Assembly: GCA_039807685.1 (NCBI GenBank)
Contig: JBDHRR010000001.1
Location: 60,505-124,504 of the forward strand
Reading direction: 5' to 3'
DNA length: 64,000 nt
Source: Burkholderiales bacterium
Lineage (GTDB): Bacteria; Pseudomonadota; Gammaproteobacteria; Burkholderiales; Casimicrobiaceae
This document shows, one piece after another, positions 10,494 to 19,877 of this stretch. The notes beneath the pieces are model-generated. The model was not told the origin of the DNA. It did not search any database and was given only the letters and a program-made list of their open reading frames with translations. A program made the position numbers and the translations under genes. How positions within the stretch are numbered: the first letter of the stretch is position 1; each line of letters starts with the position of its first letter.

Positions 10494-10528
10494 GATCCCT
10501 GATCCCTGATCTCCGATACCTGGATTCC
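10494..10528 (+). repeat. Degenerate heptamer tandem repeat in the xsc leader
   Basis: GATCCCT GATCCCT GATCTCC GATACCT GGATTCC, directly before the RBS. Confidence 0.55.
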
Positions 10529-10541
10529 CCGAGGAGCCGCC

Positions 10542-12335
10542 ATGAACAAGCCAGTGGACCTGCCCGCCGCCGTCGTCGGGCGCCAGAAGATGACCCCATC
10601 GGAAGCCTTCGTCGAGACGCTCGTCGCGCAGGGCGTGAAGTACGTCTTCGGCATCGTCGGCTCCGCGTACATGGATGCACTCGACATGTTCCCGCTGGCC
10701 GGCATCCGCTTCATCTCGGTCGCGCACGAGCAGGGCGGCGGGCACATGGCCGACGGCTACTCGCGCGTCTCCGGCCGTCACGGCGTGTGCATCGCGCAGA
10801 ACGGCCCCGGCATCACCAACTTCGTGACGTCGGTCGCCGCGGCGTACTGGGCGCATTCCCCGGTCGTGTGCATCACGCCGGAAACCGGCTCGATGACGTT
10901 GGGGTTGGGCGGCTTCCAGGAGACCGAGCAGTTGCCGATCTTCACCAAGATCACCAAGTTCCAGGCACACGTCAACAACAAGGCGCGCATGGCCGAGTTC
11001 ACCGCACGCGCCTTCGATCGCGCGCACCTCGAGCTCGGACCCACGCAGCTCAACATCCCGCGCGACTTCTTCTACGGCGACATCGAGTGCGAGATCCCGC
11101 AACCGATCGTCATCGAGCGAGGCGCCGGCGGCGAGAAGAGCCTTGCCGACGCGGCTGAACTGCTGGCGAGCGCCAAGTTCCCGGTCATCCTGGCGGGCGG
11201 CGGCGTCATCATGGCCAACGGCCAGGCCGAGGCGCTCGCGCTGGCCGAACTTCTCCAGGCGCCGGTCGCGTGCTCGTACCTGCACAACGACGCGTTCCCC
11301 GCGCAGCATCCGTTGTGGTGTGGGCCGCTCGGTTATCAGGGCAGCAAGGCGGCGATGAAGCTCATCAGCGAAGCCGACGTCGTCGTGGCGCTCGGCACGC
11401 GGCTGGGACCCTTCGGCACGCTTCCCCAATACGGGCTCGACTACTGGCCGAAGCAGGCGAAGATCATCCAGATCGACGCCGACGCCAAGATGCTGGGCCT
11501 CGTCAAGCCGATCTCGGTGGGCATCTGCGGCGACGCCAAGGCGACGGCAGCCGCGCTCGTCGCGCGCTTGAAGGGCAAGTCGCTCGCCTGTCACGCGAAC
11601 CAGGCCGCGCGGCTCGCCAAGGTCAAGGCCGAGAAGGCGGCGTGGGAGGGCGAGCTCGACACCTGGACGCACGAGAAGGATCCGTGGTCGATCGAAGTGT
11701 CGAAGGGCAGCAGCGCGATGCATCCGCGCCAGATGCTGCGTGAACTCGAGCGCGCGATGCCCGAGCACGCGATGGTATCGACCGATATCGGCAACATCTG
11801 CTCGGTGTCGAACAGCTATCTGCGCTTCGCCCAGCCGCGCTCGATGTTCGCCGCGATGAGCTTCGGCAACTGCGGCTATGCATTCCCGACAATCATCGGC
11901 GCCAAGGTCGCGGCTCCCGACCGTCCGGCGATCGCCTACGTCGGCGACGGCGCCTGGGGCATGAGCTTCGGCGAGTTGCAGACCTGCGTGCGCGAGGCGA
12001 TTCCGGTGACCGCGGTCGTCTTCAACAACGGCCAGTGGGGTGCCGAGAAGAAGAACCACGTCGACTTCTACGCCAATCGCTTCGTCGGCGTGAACCTCGA
12101 CCAGCAGCCGTCGTGGGCGACCGTGGCCAAGGCAATGGGTGCCGAAGGCCTGCGCATCGAGAAGCTCTCCGACGTCGGCCCCGCGCTGCGGGCTGCCGCC
12201 GCGGCGCAGAAGGAGGGCAAGACGACGGTGCTGGAAATGATGGTTACCCGCGAGTTGGGTGACCCGTTCCGCCGCGATGCGCTGGCGCTTCCCACGCGCC
12301 ACCTCGCCAAGTACAAGTCGACTGCCGCGACGTAG
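10542..12335 (+). CDS. xsc: Sulfoacetaldehyde acetyltransferase (ThDP-dependent)
   Basis: MTPSEAFVETLVAQGV..FGIVGSAYMDALD, HEQGGGHMADGYSR, ThDP motif GDGAWGMS...NNGQWGAEKKN, C-terminal LGDPFRRDAL. Confidence 0.93.
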   Translation: MNKPVDLPAAVVGRQKMTPSEAFVETLVAQGVKYVFGIVGSAYMDALDMFPLAGIRFISVAHEQGGGHMADGYSRVSGRHGVCIAQNGPGITNFVTSVAAAYWAHSPVVCITPETGSMTLGLGGFQETEQLPIFTKITKFQAHVNNKARMAEFTARAFDRAHLELGPTQLNIPRDFFYGDIECEIPQPIVIERGAGGEKSLADAAELLASAKFPVILAGGGVIMANGQAEALALAELLQAPVACSYLHNDAFPAQHPLWCGPLGYQGSKAAMKLISEADVVVALGTRLGPFGTLPQYGLDYWPKQAKIIQIDADAKMLGLVKPISVGICGDAKATAAALVARLKGKSLACHANQAARLAKVKAEKAAWEGELDTWTHEKDPWSIEVSKGSSAMHPRQMLRELERAMPEHAMVSTDIGNICSVSNSYLRFAQPRSMFAAMSFGNCGYAFPTIIGAKVAAPDRPAIAYVGDGAWGMSFGELQTCVREAIPVTAVVFNNGQWGAEKKNHVDFYANRFVGVNLDQQPSWATVAKAMGAEGLRIEKLSDVGPALRAAAAAQKEGKTTVLEMMVTRELGDPFRRDALALPTRHLAKYKSTAAT

Positions 12336-12532
12336 GGAAGCGACCCGGCACCGCACCACCCTCCGCGCCGTGGCTCATGGGGCCGCGGCGCGGATGCGTG
12401 GGGCACCAACTTCACCGGCACCGACGCCGCGCCCGCCGGCTGCGCCCGGCCGTCGACAGCGGGCGCGCACTGGTCTAGGCTTTGCGGTCGCCCCTGCCTG
12501 TGCCCGGCCGCGCGCCGGGCTTTCCGCCCGCC

Positions 12533-13165
12533 ATGCGCACCCAGCCGCACGTCCTGGACCATCCACTCATCCAGCACAAGCTCACGCTCCTGCGCAAGAA
12601 GGAGACGAGCACCGCGAGCTTTCGCCGGCTGCTGACCGAGATCGGCTCGCTCATGGCCTACGAGGTGGTGCGCGACGTGCCGTTGCACGACGTGACCATC
12701 GACACGCCGCTCGAGACGATGGTGGGCCGGCTCATCGACGGCAAGAAGCTCGTCTTCGCGCCGATCCTGCGGGCGGGGATGGGCCTCCTCGACGGCTTCC
12801 TCACCGTGATTCCCTCCGCGCGTGTCGGCCACATCGGCCTGTACCGCGATCCCGCGACCCTCGCCGCGGTGGAGTATTACTTCAAGATGCCGGGCGGAAT
12901 GCCCGAGCGCGATGTGGTGGTGCTCGATCCGATGCTCGCCACCGGCCATTCGGCGGTGGCGGCGATCACCCGGCTGAAGGCCACCCGCCCGCGCTCGATC
13001 CGCTTCGTGTGCATCGTCGCCGCGCCGGAAGGCATTCGTGCGCTCACCGCGGCGCACCCCGACGTGCCGATCTACACCGCGGCGGTCGACCGCGAGCTGA
13101 ACGACCACAGCTACATCCTGCCGGGGCTGGGCGACGCCGGCGATCGGATCTTCGGAACCAAATAG
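12533..13165 (+). CDS. upp: Uracil phosphoribosyltransferase
   Basis: [24 protein letters not shown]-binding [30 protein letters not shown]. Confidence 0.95.
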   Translation: MRTQPHVLDHPLIQHKLTLLRKKETSTASFRRLLTEIGSLMAYEVVRDVPLHDVTIDTPLETMVGRLIDGKKLVFAPILRAGMGLLDGFLTVIPSARVGHIGLYRDPATLAAVEYYFKMPGGMPERDVVVLDPMLATGHSAVAAITRLKATRPRSIRFVCIVAAPEGIRALTAAHPDVPIYTAAVDRELNDHSYILPGLGDAGDRIFGTK

Positions 13166-13183
13166 GGGTCGTAGCCCGCTCGT

Positions 13184-13792
13184 TCACGGGCGCCGCGTTT
13201 CGCTGACGCAGAAACCCGCGATCCGGGTGAGAACGCGCGCGAGCGCCGCGTTTGCCGCGGCAACGCCACCCGCGGCGTTGTCGGAAGACGAGAGTTCCGT
13301 TTCCTCGAACACGTGGGTCGCCACGACGCGGCGCGTGCGTAGATCCGTGAGCTGGGCGCGCACCACGACCTCGCTGCGGCTCGGCGTCGCACTGAAGTTC
13401 TGCACGACGCGTACGATCTCGGTGTCGAGCCGATAGTCCGCCGGCGCGGCGGCCGGCGCCTGGACCACGGCGCGGAAGCCACCCGTCTGTTCGAGAGCGC
13501 GCACGACGAGCGGCGCCAGCATGCGCGGTGGCGTGTCGACCCAGCGATTGACGGCGAAGCGGTCGAGCTCGTAACCGCCGCGCGTGTACACCATGTCCGT
13601 CGTATCGAAGCCGGGCCACGCGCGTGGCGCCGCGACCTCGATGGCGGCGTCGCTCGGCGGCGCGGCGGCGGCGATCGTCGGCGCGGCGGCGAGGACGTGC
13701 ACCGTCACGGGCTCGGGCGCCGGGGGTTGCAGCGCACTGCACGAAGCGAGCACGAAGGCGGCCAGCACGGCAAACGCGAGTTTCATCGTCAT
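13184..13792 (-). CDS. ABC-type transport auxiliary lipoprotein (PqiC-like)
   Basis: Lipobox LASC; RWVDTPPRMLAPL; last gene of the Mla/Pqi-type operon. Confidence 0.82.
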   Translation of the reverse strand: MTMKLAFAVLAAFVLASCSALQPPAPEPVTVHVLAAAPTIAAAAPPSDAAIEVAAPRAWPGFDTTDMVYTRGGYELDRFAVNRWVDTPPRMLAPLVVRALEQTGGFRAVVQAPAAAPADYRLDTEIVRVVQNFSATPSRSEVVVRAQLTDLRTRRVVATHVFEETELSSSDNAAGGVAAANAALARVLTRIAGFCVSETRRP

Positions 13793-14715
13793 TCTCCGGG
13801 TCCGCGCTTGGCGGGCTGCCGTCCCCAGACGAGCGTGCCCGGATTGCGCTCGAGCTCGCTCGTCGTGCGGCGCAGCGTGCTGGTGACCTCGCGCAGTTCG
13901 GCGATGAGCTGGCGGACCTCGGGCAGCGTCTCCCCGGTGAACTGCGCGACCTCGCCGCGGCTGCCTTCGACGAGCTGCCCCGCGCTCGTCCCGGCGCTGG
14001 CGAGGCTTTGCGTCATGCGATCGAACGCGTCGGCGCTGCGCTCGATTCGCTGCACCAGCGCCGGCAGCTCGGCGGTGAATCGCGCGGCATTGGCCGTCGT
14101 GCGACCGGCGTCGGCGAGCGCCGCGTCGACCGTCGCCGAGCGCGCGGCGAGCGTGTGCGAGACGACGCGCAGGTCGGCGAGCGTTTGCGAGATCGCGCGA
14201 CGATTCTCCTCGTCGAGCACCGCGTTGATGTTGTCGAGCGCGCGCGTCGCCTTCTCGACGAGGACCGTCACCGAAGTGTCGAGGCGCGCGAACAGCGACG
14301 GCCCCGAGCGGATCACCGGATACGAATCACCGGGCTTGGCGACGAGCGGCGGCGACTCCTTGCGTCCGCCCATGAGCTCGACGTAGGCGATGCCGGTGAG
14401 GCCTTGCGTCTGCAGCGTCGCCACCGTGTCCTGCTTGACGGGTGTGTCGCGCTGGATCGACAGCGTGAGCTGCACCTCTTCGACGTTCGCGGGGTTGAGG
14501 ACGATGCCGCGGACGAATCCGACGTCGACGCCGCGGTACTTGACGGGCGCGTTGACGTTGAGGCCCGACACCGATTCGGTCAGGTACGCGAGATAGGTGT
14601 CGTAGCTCTTGCCGTAGTAGCGGCCGCTGGTGAGCCACAGCACGCCGCCGATCAGCGCCGTGCCGAGGAGCAGGACGAAGGCGCCTACGACGGCAAAGTT
14701 GAACTTCGCTTCCAA
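13789..14715 (-). CDS. MlaD/MCE-domain substrate-binding protein with helical C-terminus
   Basis: TTG start (MEAKFNFAVVGAFV); SVSGLNVNAPVKYRGVDVG MCE motif; QGLTGIAYVEL. Confidence 0.85.
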   Translation of the reverse strand: MEAKFNFAVVGAFVLLLGTALIGGVLWLTSGRYYGKSYDTYLAYLTESVSGLNVNAPVKYRGVDVGFVRGIVLNPANVEEVQLTLSIQRDTPVKQDTVATLQTQGLTGIAYVELMGGRKESPPLVAKPGDSYPVIRSGPSLFARLDTSVTVLVEKATRALDNINAVLDEENRRAISQTLADLRVVSHTLAARSATVDAALADAGRTTANAARFTAELPALVQRIERSADAFDRMTQSLASAGTSAGQLVEGSRGEVAQFTGETLPEVRQLIAELREVTSTLRRTTSELERNPGTLVWGRQPAKRGPGE

Positions 14716-15473
14716 GCCTGTTCCCGCGCGGCGCGGCCGCGCGGTCCGTAGAAGTACTCGTGGACGAGAGGATCGTCGAGTTTGGCGAGGTCGTCCATCG
14801 AGCCGACCCCCAGGATATGCCCCCGCCCGAGGACGGCCACCCGATCCGCGGCGCGCCACAGCAGGTCGAGATCGTGCGTGACCATCATGATCGACAGGCC
14901 CAGCGTATCGCGCAGGTTGCGCACGAGCTCGTCGATGCCGCTTGCGCTGAGCGGATCGAGTCCCGCGGTCGGCTCGTCGAGGAAGAGAAGCTCGGGATCG
15001 AGCGCCAGCGCCCGCGCCAGCGCCGCCCGCTTGCGCATGCCGCCCGACAGTTCGTTGGGGTACTTGGCACCGGCGTCGGCGGGCAATCCGGTGAGGGCGA
15101 TCTTGATCGCGGCCATCTCCGCGACGAGGCGCGGCGACAGGGCGGTGTGCTCGTGCAGGACCATGCCGACATTCTCGGCGACGGTGAGCGAGCTGAACAG
15201 CGCGCCGCGCTCGAATACCACGCCGAATCGCCGGCGCAGCGGGAGCGCCTCCTCGTCGCCGAGGCCGACGACTTCGCGGCCGAAGACGCGGATCGACCCG
15301 GCGGCGGGGGCGTGCAGCAGGAGGATCTCGCGCAACAGCGTCGACTTGCCGCAGCCGCTGCCCCCGACCAGCGCAAAGATCTCGCCGCGGCGCATCGCGA
15401 GGCTCACGCCATCGTGCACGACGGAAGCGCCGAAGCGGGTGACCAGGTCGGTGATCTCGACGACGTTATCCAT
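14685..15473 (-). CDS. MlaF-like ABC ATP-binding protein
   Basis: GGSGCGKS, LSGGMRKRAALARAL, FLDEPTAGLDP; TGATG coupling to mlaE. Confidence 0.9.
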   Translation of the reverse strand: MDNVVEITDLVTRFGASVVHDGVSLAMRRGEIFALVGGSGCGKSTLLREILLLHAPAAGSIRVFGREVVGLGDEEALPLRRRFGVVFERGALFSSLTVAENVGMVLHEHTALSPRLVAEMAAIKIALTGLPADAGAKYPNELSGGMRKRAALARALALDPELLFLDEPTAGLDPLSASGIDELVRNLRDTLGLSIMMVTHDLDLLWRAADRVAVLGRGHILGVGSMDDLAKLDDPLVHEYFYGPRGRAAREQAWKRSSTLPS

Positions 15474-16624
15474 CACAGATCGAGCAGGTTGAACACGATC
15501 GAGAAGATGGCGTCGGTGACGATCACGAGGAAGATCGACTGCACGACCGAGATCGTCGTTTGCCGCCCCACGCTGTCCGCGCTCCCCGCCGTCCGGAATC
15601 CCTGATAGCAACCGACGAGCGCGATGATCGCCGCGAACACCGGGGCCTTGCAAAGGCCCGTGAGGTACGTCGACAGCACGATCGCCTCCTTGAGCCGGTC
15701 GAAGAAGACCTGGAACGTCAGGCCGAGCTGCGTGCGCGCCATCAGCATGCCGCCGAGCACGCCCGTGACGTCGGTATAGACGGTGAGCAGTGGCAGCACG
15801 ATCATCAGCGCGAGCAGCTTGGGCAGCACGAGCAGCTCCTGCGGCACGATGCCCACGGTGCGCAGCGCGTCGATCTCCTCGGTCACCTTCATGGTGCCGA
15901 TCTGCGCGGTGAAGGCGGACCCCGAGCGTCCCGCGACGATGATCGCCGTGAGCAACGGCGAGAGCTCGCGCAGCATCGCGATGCCGACGAGGTCGGCCAC
16001 GAAGATGTTCGCACCGAAGCGGCGGAGCTGGTCGGCGCCCTGGTAGGCGATGACGATGCCCATCAGGAAGGAGAGCAACCCGGTGATCGGCAGCGCGTCG
16101 AAGCCGGCGAGCTGCACGTTGTGCAGCACCGCGCGCCAGCGGATGCGCCGCGGCTGCGCGAGCGCGCGGAGCAGCACCTGGAACGATTCGCCGACGAACG
16201 ATAGAAAGCCGGCGATATTGCGCGCGTCGTCCCACGCCTTGCGCCCGATGGCTTCGAACATCCCGACCCTGGCCACCGCCGGCGCCGTGCCGATCCCGTC
16301 GCCACGCGCGGCGACGAGTTCGAGGAGCGCGCCGAGCTCGGGGCGCAGGCCGGTGAGCTGCGCATCGATGCCTCCGGCCCGCAGGCGTGTGAGCGTGCGG
16401 TGGAGCAGCCACGCGCCCGCCGTGTCGAGCGCCGAGATCTGCGTCGCGTCGACGAAGAGGCTGCCGGTCGCGGGCCATGGCTTCGCGTCGATATGCGGCT
16501 CGAGCTCGGCGATGCCGTGAATCGTCCACTGGCCCGCGCATGTCGCGCGAGCGACGCCGGCGCCCGCGGGGGGGACGACTTCCAGCACTGCCTGGGCGGT
16601 CTCGACGGCATTCACAGGCGGCAA
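15473..16624 (-). CDS. STAS-domain plus MlaE ABC permease
   Basis: N-terminal STAS (LDTAGAWLL); RELSPLLTAIIVAGRSGSAFTAQIGTMKVTEEIDAL. Confidence 0.9.
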   Translation of the reverse strand: MPPVNAVETAQAVLEVVPPAGAGVARATCAGQWTIHGIAELEPHIDAKPWPATGSLFVDATQISALDTAGAWLLHRTLTRLRAGGIDAQLTGLRPELGALLELVAARGDGIGTAPAVARVGMFEAIGRKAWDDARNIAGFLSFVGESFQVLLRALAQPRRIRWRAVLHNVQLAGFDALPITGLLSFLMGIVIAYQGADQLRRFGANIFVADLVGIAMLRELSPLLTAIIVAGRSGSAFTAQIGTMKVTEEIDALRTVGIVPQELLVLPKLLALMIVLPLLTVYTDVTGVLGGMLMARTQLGLTFQVFFDRLKEAIVLSTYLTGLCKAPVFAAIIALVGCYQGFRTAGSADSVGRQTTISVVQSIFLVIVTDAIFSIVFNLLDL

Positions 16625-16798
16625 GATCGCCTTCGCACGCCCGGCGTGCGTTGACGCAGGTCAAGCCGGTCGGCTCCGGCCTCGCGAGGGCAACGGGCGC
16701 CGCCGGCTGGGGGCGCGGCGGCGCGGGCAACGACGCCGCGCTTGACCAAATGTCGGCGCGCCGAAATACTCACCGGTTCCTCCCGCGATTGCACACCC

Positions 16799-18091
16799 AT
16801 GGCCGACCTGCGCGTCACCAATGCCACGCTGCCCGACGGCCGTACCGGCATCGACGTGCTGGTGGCTGGCGGCCGCATCGTCGAGGTGCGGCCGCAGATC
16901 GAAGTTGCGGCCGCGCGCACGCTCGACGCCGGCGGCCTGCTCCTCACGCCGCCATTCGTGGACGCGCATTTCCATCTCGATTCGACGCTTTCCTACGGAC
17001 TGCCGCGCGTCAACCGCAGCGGCACGCTGCTCGAGGGCATCGCGCTGTGGGGCGAACTGAAACCGCAACTCACGCAGGAGGCGCTCGTCGAGCGCGCGCT
17101 CGCCTACTGCGACTGGGCAGTGGGGAAGGGGCTGCTCGCGATCCGCTCGCACGTCGACGTCTGCGATCCGCGCCTCACCGCGGTCGAGGCGCTCCTGCAC
17201 GTGAAGGCGCGCGTCGCCCCGTACCTCGATCTGCAACTCGTGGCCTTTCCGCAGGATGGCCTGCTGCGCAGCCCCGGGGCGCTCGATCTCGTGAAGCGAG
17301 CGCTCGCCATGGGCGTGGACGTGGTGGGCGGCATCCCGCACTTCGAGCGCACGATGGCCGACGGTGCCGAGAGCGTGCGTCTGCTGTGCGAGATTGCCGC
17401 CGACGAGGGGCGTCTCGTCGATCTGCACTGCGACGAGTCCGACGACCCCCTCTCGCGCCACGTCGAAGCGCTGGCGGCGCAGAGCGTGCGCCTGGGCCTG
17501 CAAGGACGCGTCACCGGGTCGCATCTGACGTCGATGCACTCGATGGACAACTACTACGTCTCGAAGCTCATCCCGCTCCTGGTCGACGGCGGTGTCAACG
17601 CGATCGCCAATCCGCTCATCAACATCACGCTGCAGGGGCGCCACGACAGCTATCCCAAGCGTCGCGGCATGACGCGCGTCCCCGAGCTCATGGCGGCCGG
17701 TGTCACCGTTGCGTTCGGTCACGATTGCGTGCTCGATCCGTGGTATCCGCTCGGCAGTGCCGACCTGCTCGAGGTGGCGGCGATGGGGCTGCACGTGGCG
17801 CAGATGACGGGGCAGGAGGCGATGCGCGCCTGTTTCGACGCGGTCACGGTCAACGCCGCGAGGATCCTCCATCTCGACGGCTACGGCATCGCTCCGGGCA
17901 ACCGCGCCGACTTCGTGCTCCTGCAGGCGCGCGATCCCGTCGAGGCGATCCGCCTGCGCGCGACGCGGTTGCACGTGTTCCGCGCAGGGCGCGAGATCGC
18001 GCATGCCTCGCCGGTGCGTGCCTGCCTCGATCTTCCCGGGCGTCCGCGCGAGGTCGACTGGCGGTTGCGCGGCGCGGAGGCTTCGACATGA
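16799..18091 (+). CDS. codA: Cytosine deaminase-like amidohydrolase
   Basis: FVDAHFHLD, IRSHVD, DLHCDESDD, FGHDCVLDPWYPLG metal-binding motifs. Confidence 0.8.
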   Translation: MADLRVTNATLPDGRTGIDVLVAGGRIVEVRPQIEVAAARTLDAGGLLLTPPFVDAHFHLDSTLSYGLPRVNRSGTLLEGIALWGELKPQLTQEALVERALAYCDWAVGKGLLAIRSHVDVCDPRLTAVEALLHVKARVAPYLDLQLVAFPQDGLLRSPGALDLVKRALAMGVDVVGGIPHFERTMADGAESVRLLCEIAADEGRLVDLHCDESDDPLSRHVEALAAQSVRLGLQGRVTGSHLTSMHSMDNYYVSKLIPLLVDGGVNAIANPLINITLQGRHDSYPKRRGMTRVPELMAAGVTVAFGHDCVLDPWYPLGSADLLEVAAMGLHVAQMTGQEAMRACFDAVTVNAARILHLDGYGIAPGNRADFVLLQARDPVEAIRLRATRLHVFRAGREIAHASPVRACLDLPGRPREVDWRLRGAEAST

Positions 18092-18807
18092 GTCGCGCGT
18101 CGGCGCGTTTCGCCGGCGGCCGTGCCCGAGGGGCGCGAACGCGGGTCGCCGTCGCGAGCCGCTGGGGGTGCGCGTGGCGTAGCACTTCGTTCGTCGTCGC
18201 CCTGTCGGTGCTCGCGGGTGGCGCGCTTGCCGCCGATGTCGGCAGCGCGCCGGCGACCCCGGCGGCCTCGGCAACGACGACGCTGCCAGCGGTGCAGGCC
18301 CGCGCCCGCAAGCAGGACAGCGGCTATGTGGTGACCGCATCGTTCACGGTCGCGGCGCCGCTGGGTCTGGTGTGGAGCGTGCTCGTCGATTTCGATCACA
18401 TGGCCGACATCCTGTCGAGCGTCGACGCGAGCAAGATCGTCAATCGCCGCGGCAACGAGTTCGACGTCGACCAGCGCAGTCACGCCAGCGCGGGGCCGTT
18501 GCGTATTTCGATGGACAACGTTCGCCACGTGACGCTCACTCCCGAGACCGAGATCCGCTCGCGCCTCGTGAGCAGCGGCAACCTGAAGGCGTCGGATTTC
18601 AGCACCCGGGTGACGCCGGTGGACAAGCGCGTGCGCGTCGACGTCGAGGGGACGTTCGTTCCCACGCTGCTCGCCGGCGCCGTGCTCAACGCCGACAACG
18701 TCGCCGCTCAAGTCGGCCGGCAATACACCGAGTTGCGCGACGAGATCCTCCGCCGCCAGAGCGGGACGCCACGTCCCGCGTGCCTCGCAACCAAGGATTG
18801 CCCTTGA
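18088..18807 (+). CDS. Secreted SRPBCC/START-domain (polyketide cyclase-like) protein
   Basis: Hydrophobic signal ending ALA-ADV; VAAPLGLVWSVLVDFDHMADILSSV, typical START N-terminus; ATGA overlap with codA. Start uncertain. Confidence 0.65.
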   Translation: MSRASARFAGGRARGARTRVAVASRWGCAWRSTSFVVALSVLAGGALAADVGSAPATPAASATTTLPAVQARARKQDSGYVVTASFTVAAPLGLVWSVLVDFDHMADILSSVDASKIVNRRGNEFDVDQRSHASAGPLRISMDNVRHVTLTPETEIRSRLVSSGNLKASDFSTRVTPVDKRVRVDVEGTFVPTLLAGAVLNADNVAAQVGRQYTELRDEILRRQSGTPRPACLATKDCP

Positions 18808-19874
18808 CGGCGTCGGGGGTCGCGGCGCCGCGGCGCCTGCCGGGACGCGCCGTCCTCGTCGGACTCGCCCTTCTGCTGGTGACGGTGGTCGTCCTTGCCG
18901 TTGGCCACGGCAGCTTTCGTGTCGCCCCGCTCGACGTGCTGCGCATTCTCGCGAGCAATGCGGGCCTCGACGTCGGGAGCGTCGATCCGCGCCAGGTTGC
19001 CGTGCTCAATTCGATCCGTTTGCCGCGGGTGCTGCTCGCCGTCATCGCCGGCGCGGGACTTGCGGTGGCCGGCGCCCTGATGCAGGGGCTCTTCCGCAAT
19101 CCGCTCGCCGATCCAACGCTCATCGGGGTGTCGTCGGGCGGGGCGCTGGCGGCTGCCTTCGTGATCGTGCTCGGCGCGACGTGGCTGCCGGGGATTTCGA
19201 AGGTGCTGGGGGCCTGGACGCTGCCGCTCGCCGCCTTCCTCGGCGCGCTGGCGGTGACGCTCGTCGTCTATCGCATCGGCGCCGCGGGGGGCTTCCTCTC
19301 GCTGCCGTCGGTGCTGCTCGCCGGCATCGCGCTCAATGCACTCGCCATGGCGGGCGTGGGCCTGTTGTCGTATCTCGCGAGCGACGAGCAGTTACGCAAC
19401 CTCACCTTCTGGAGCTTCGGCTCGCTGGGTGGCGCCACCTGGTCGATGCTGACCGCCGTGGTGCCGCTCGCCCTGGTGGCCGTGGTGGCGGGCAGCCTGC
19501 TCGCGCGCCCGCTCAATGCGCTGGCGCTGGGTGAGACGCAGGCGACGCACATCGGCGTCGACGTACTGGCCGTCAAGCGGGCGACGATCGTGCTGACCGC
19601 GCTGGCCGTCGGTTCGCTGGTGGCGGCGGCCGGTGTCATCGGCTTCGTCGGCCTCGTCGCGCCGCATGCGATTCGGCTCGCCTGCGGGCCCGATCACCGC
19701 ATCGTCCTCCCGGGCGCGGCGTTGCTGGGCGCCGTGCTGCTCGTGTTCGCCGATGCGCTCGCGCGTACCGTCGTGGCTCCCGCCGAATTGCCGATCGGCA
19801 TCCTGACGGCGACCTTGGGGGGGCCCTTCTTTCTCGTGCTGCTGCTGCGCCGGCGCGGCCAGATCGGGCTTTGA
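18804..19874 (+). CDS. hmuU: Heme/iron-chelate ABC permease (FecCD/HmuU)
   Basis: IRLPRVLLAVIAGAGLAVAGALMQGLFRNPLADP, GFVGLVAPH, AELPIGILTA; TTG start overlapping the upstream stop. Confidence 0.85.
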   Translation: MTASGVAAPRRLPGRAVLVGLALLLVTVVVLAVGHGSFRVAPLDVLRILASNAGLDVGSVDPRQVAVLNSIRLPRVLLAVIAGAGLAVAGALMQGLFRNPLADPTLIGVSSGGALAAAFVIVLGATWLPGISKVLGAWTLPLAAFLGALAVTLVVYRIGAAGGFLSLPSVLLAGIALNALAMAGVGLLSYLASDEQLRNLTFWSFGSLGGATWSMLTAVVPLALVAVVAGSLLARPLNALALGETQATHIGVDVLAVKRATIVLTALAVGSLVAAAGVIGFVGLVAPHAIRLACGPDHRIVLPGAALLGAVLLVFADALARTVVAPAELPIGILTATLGGPFFLVLLLRRRGQIGL

Positions 19875-19877
19875 ACC

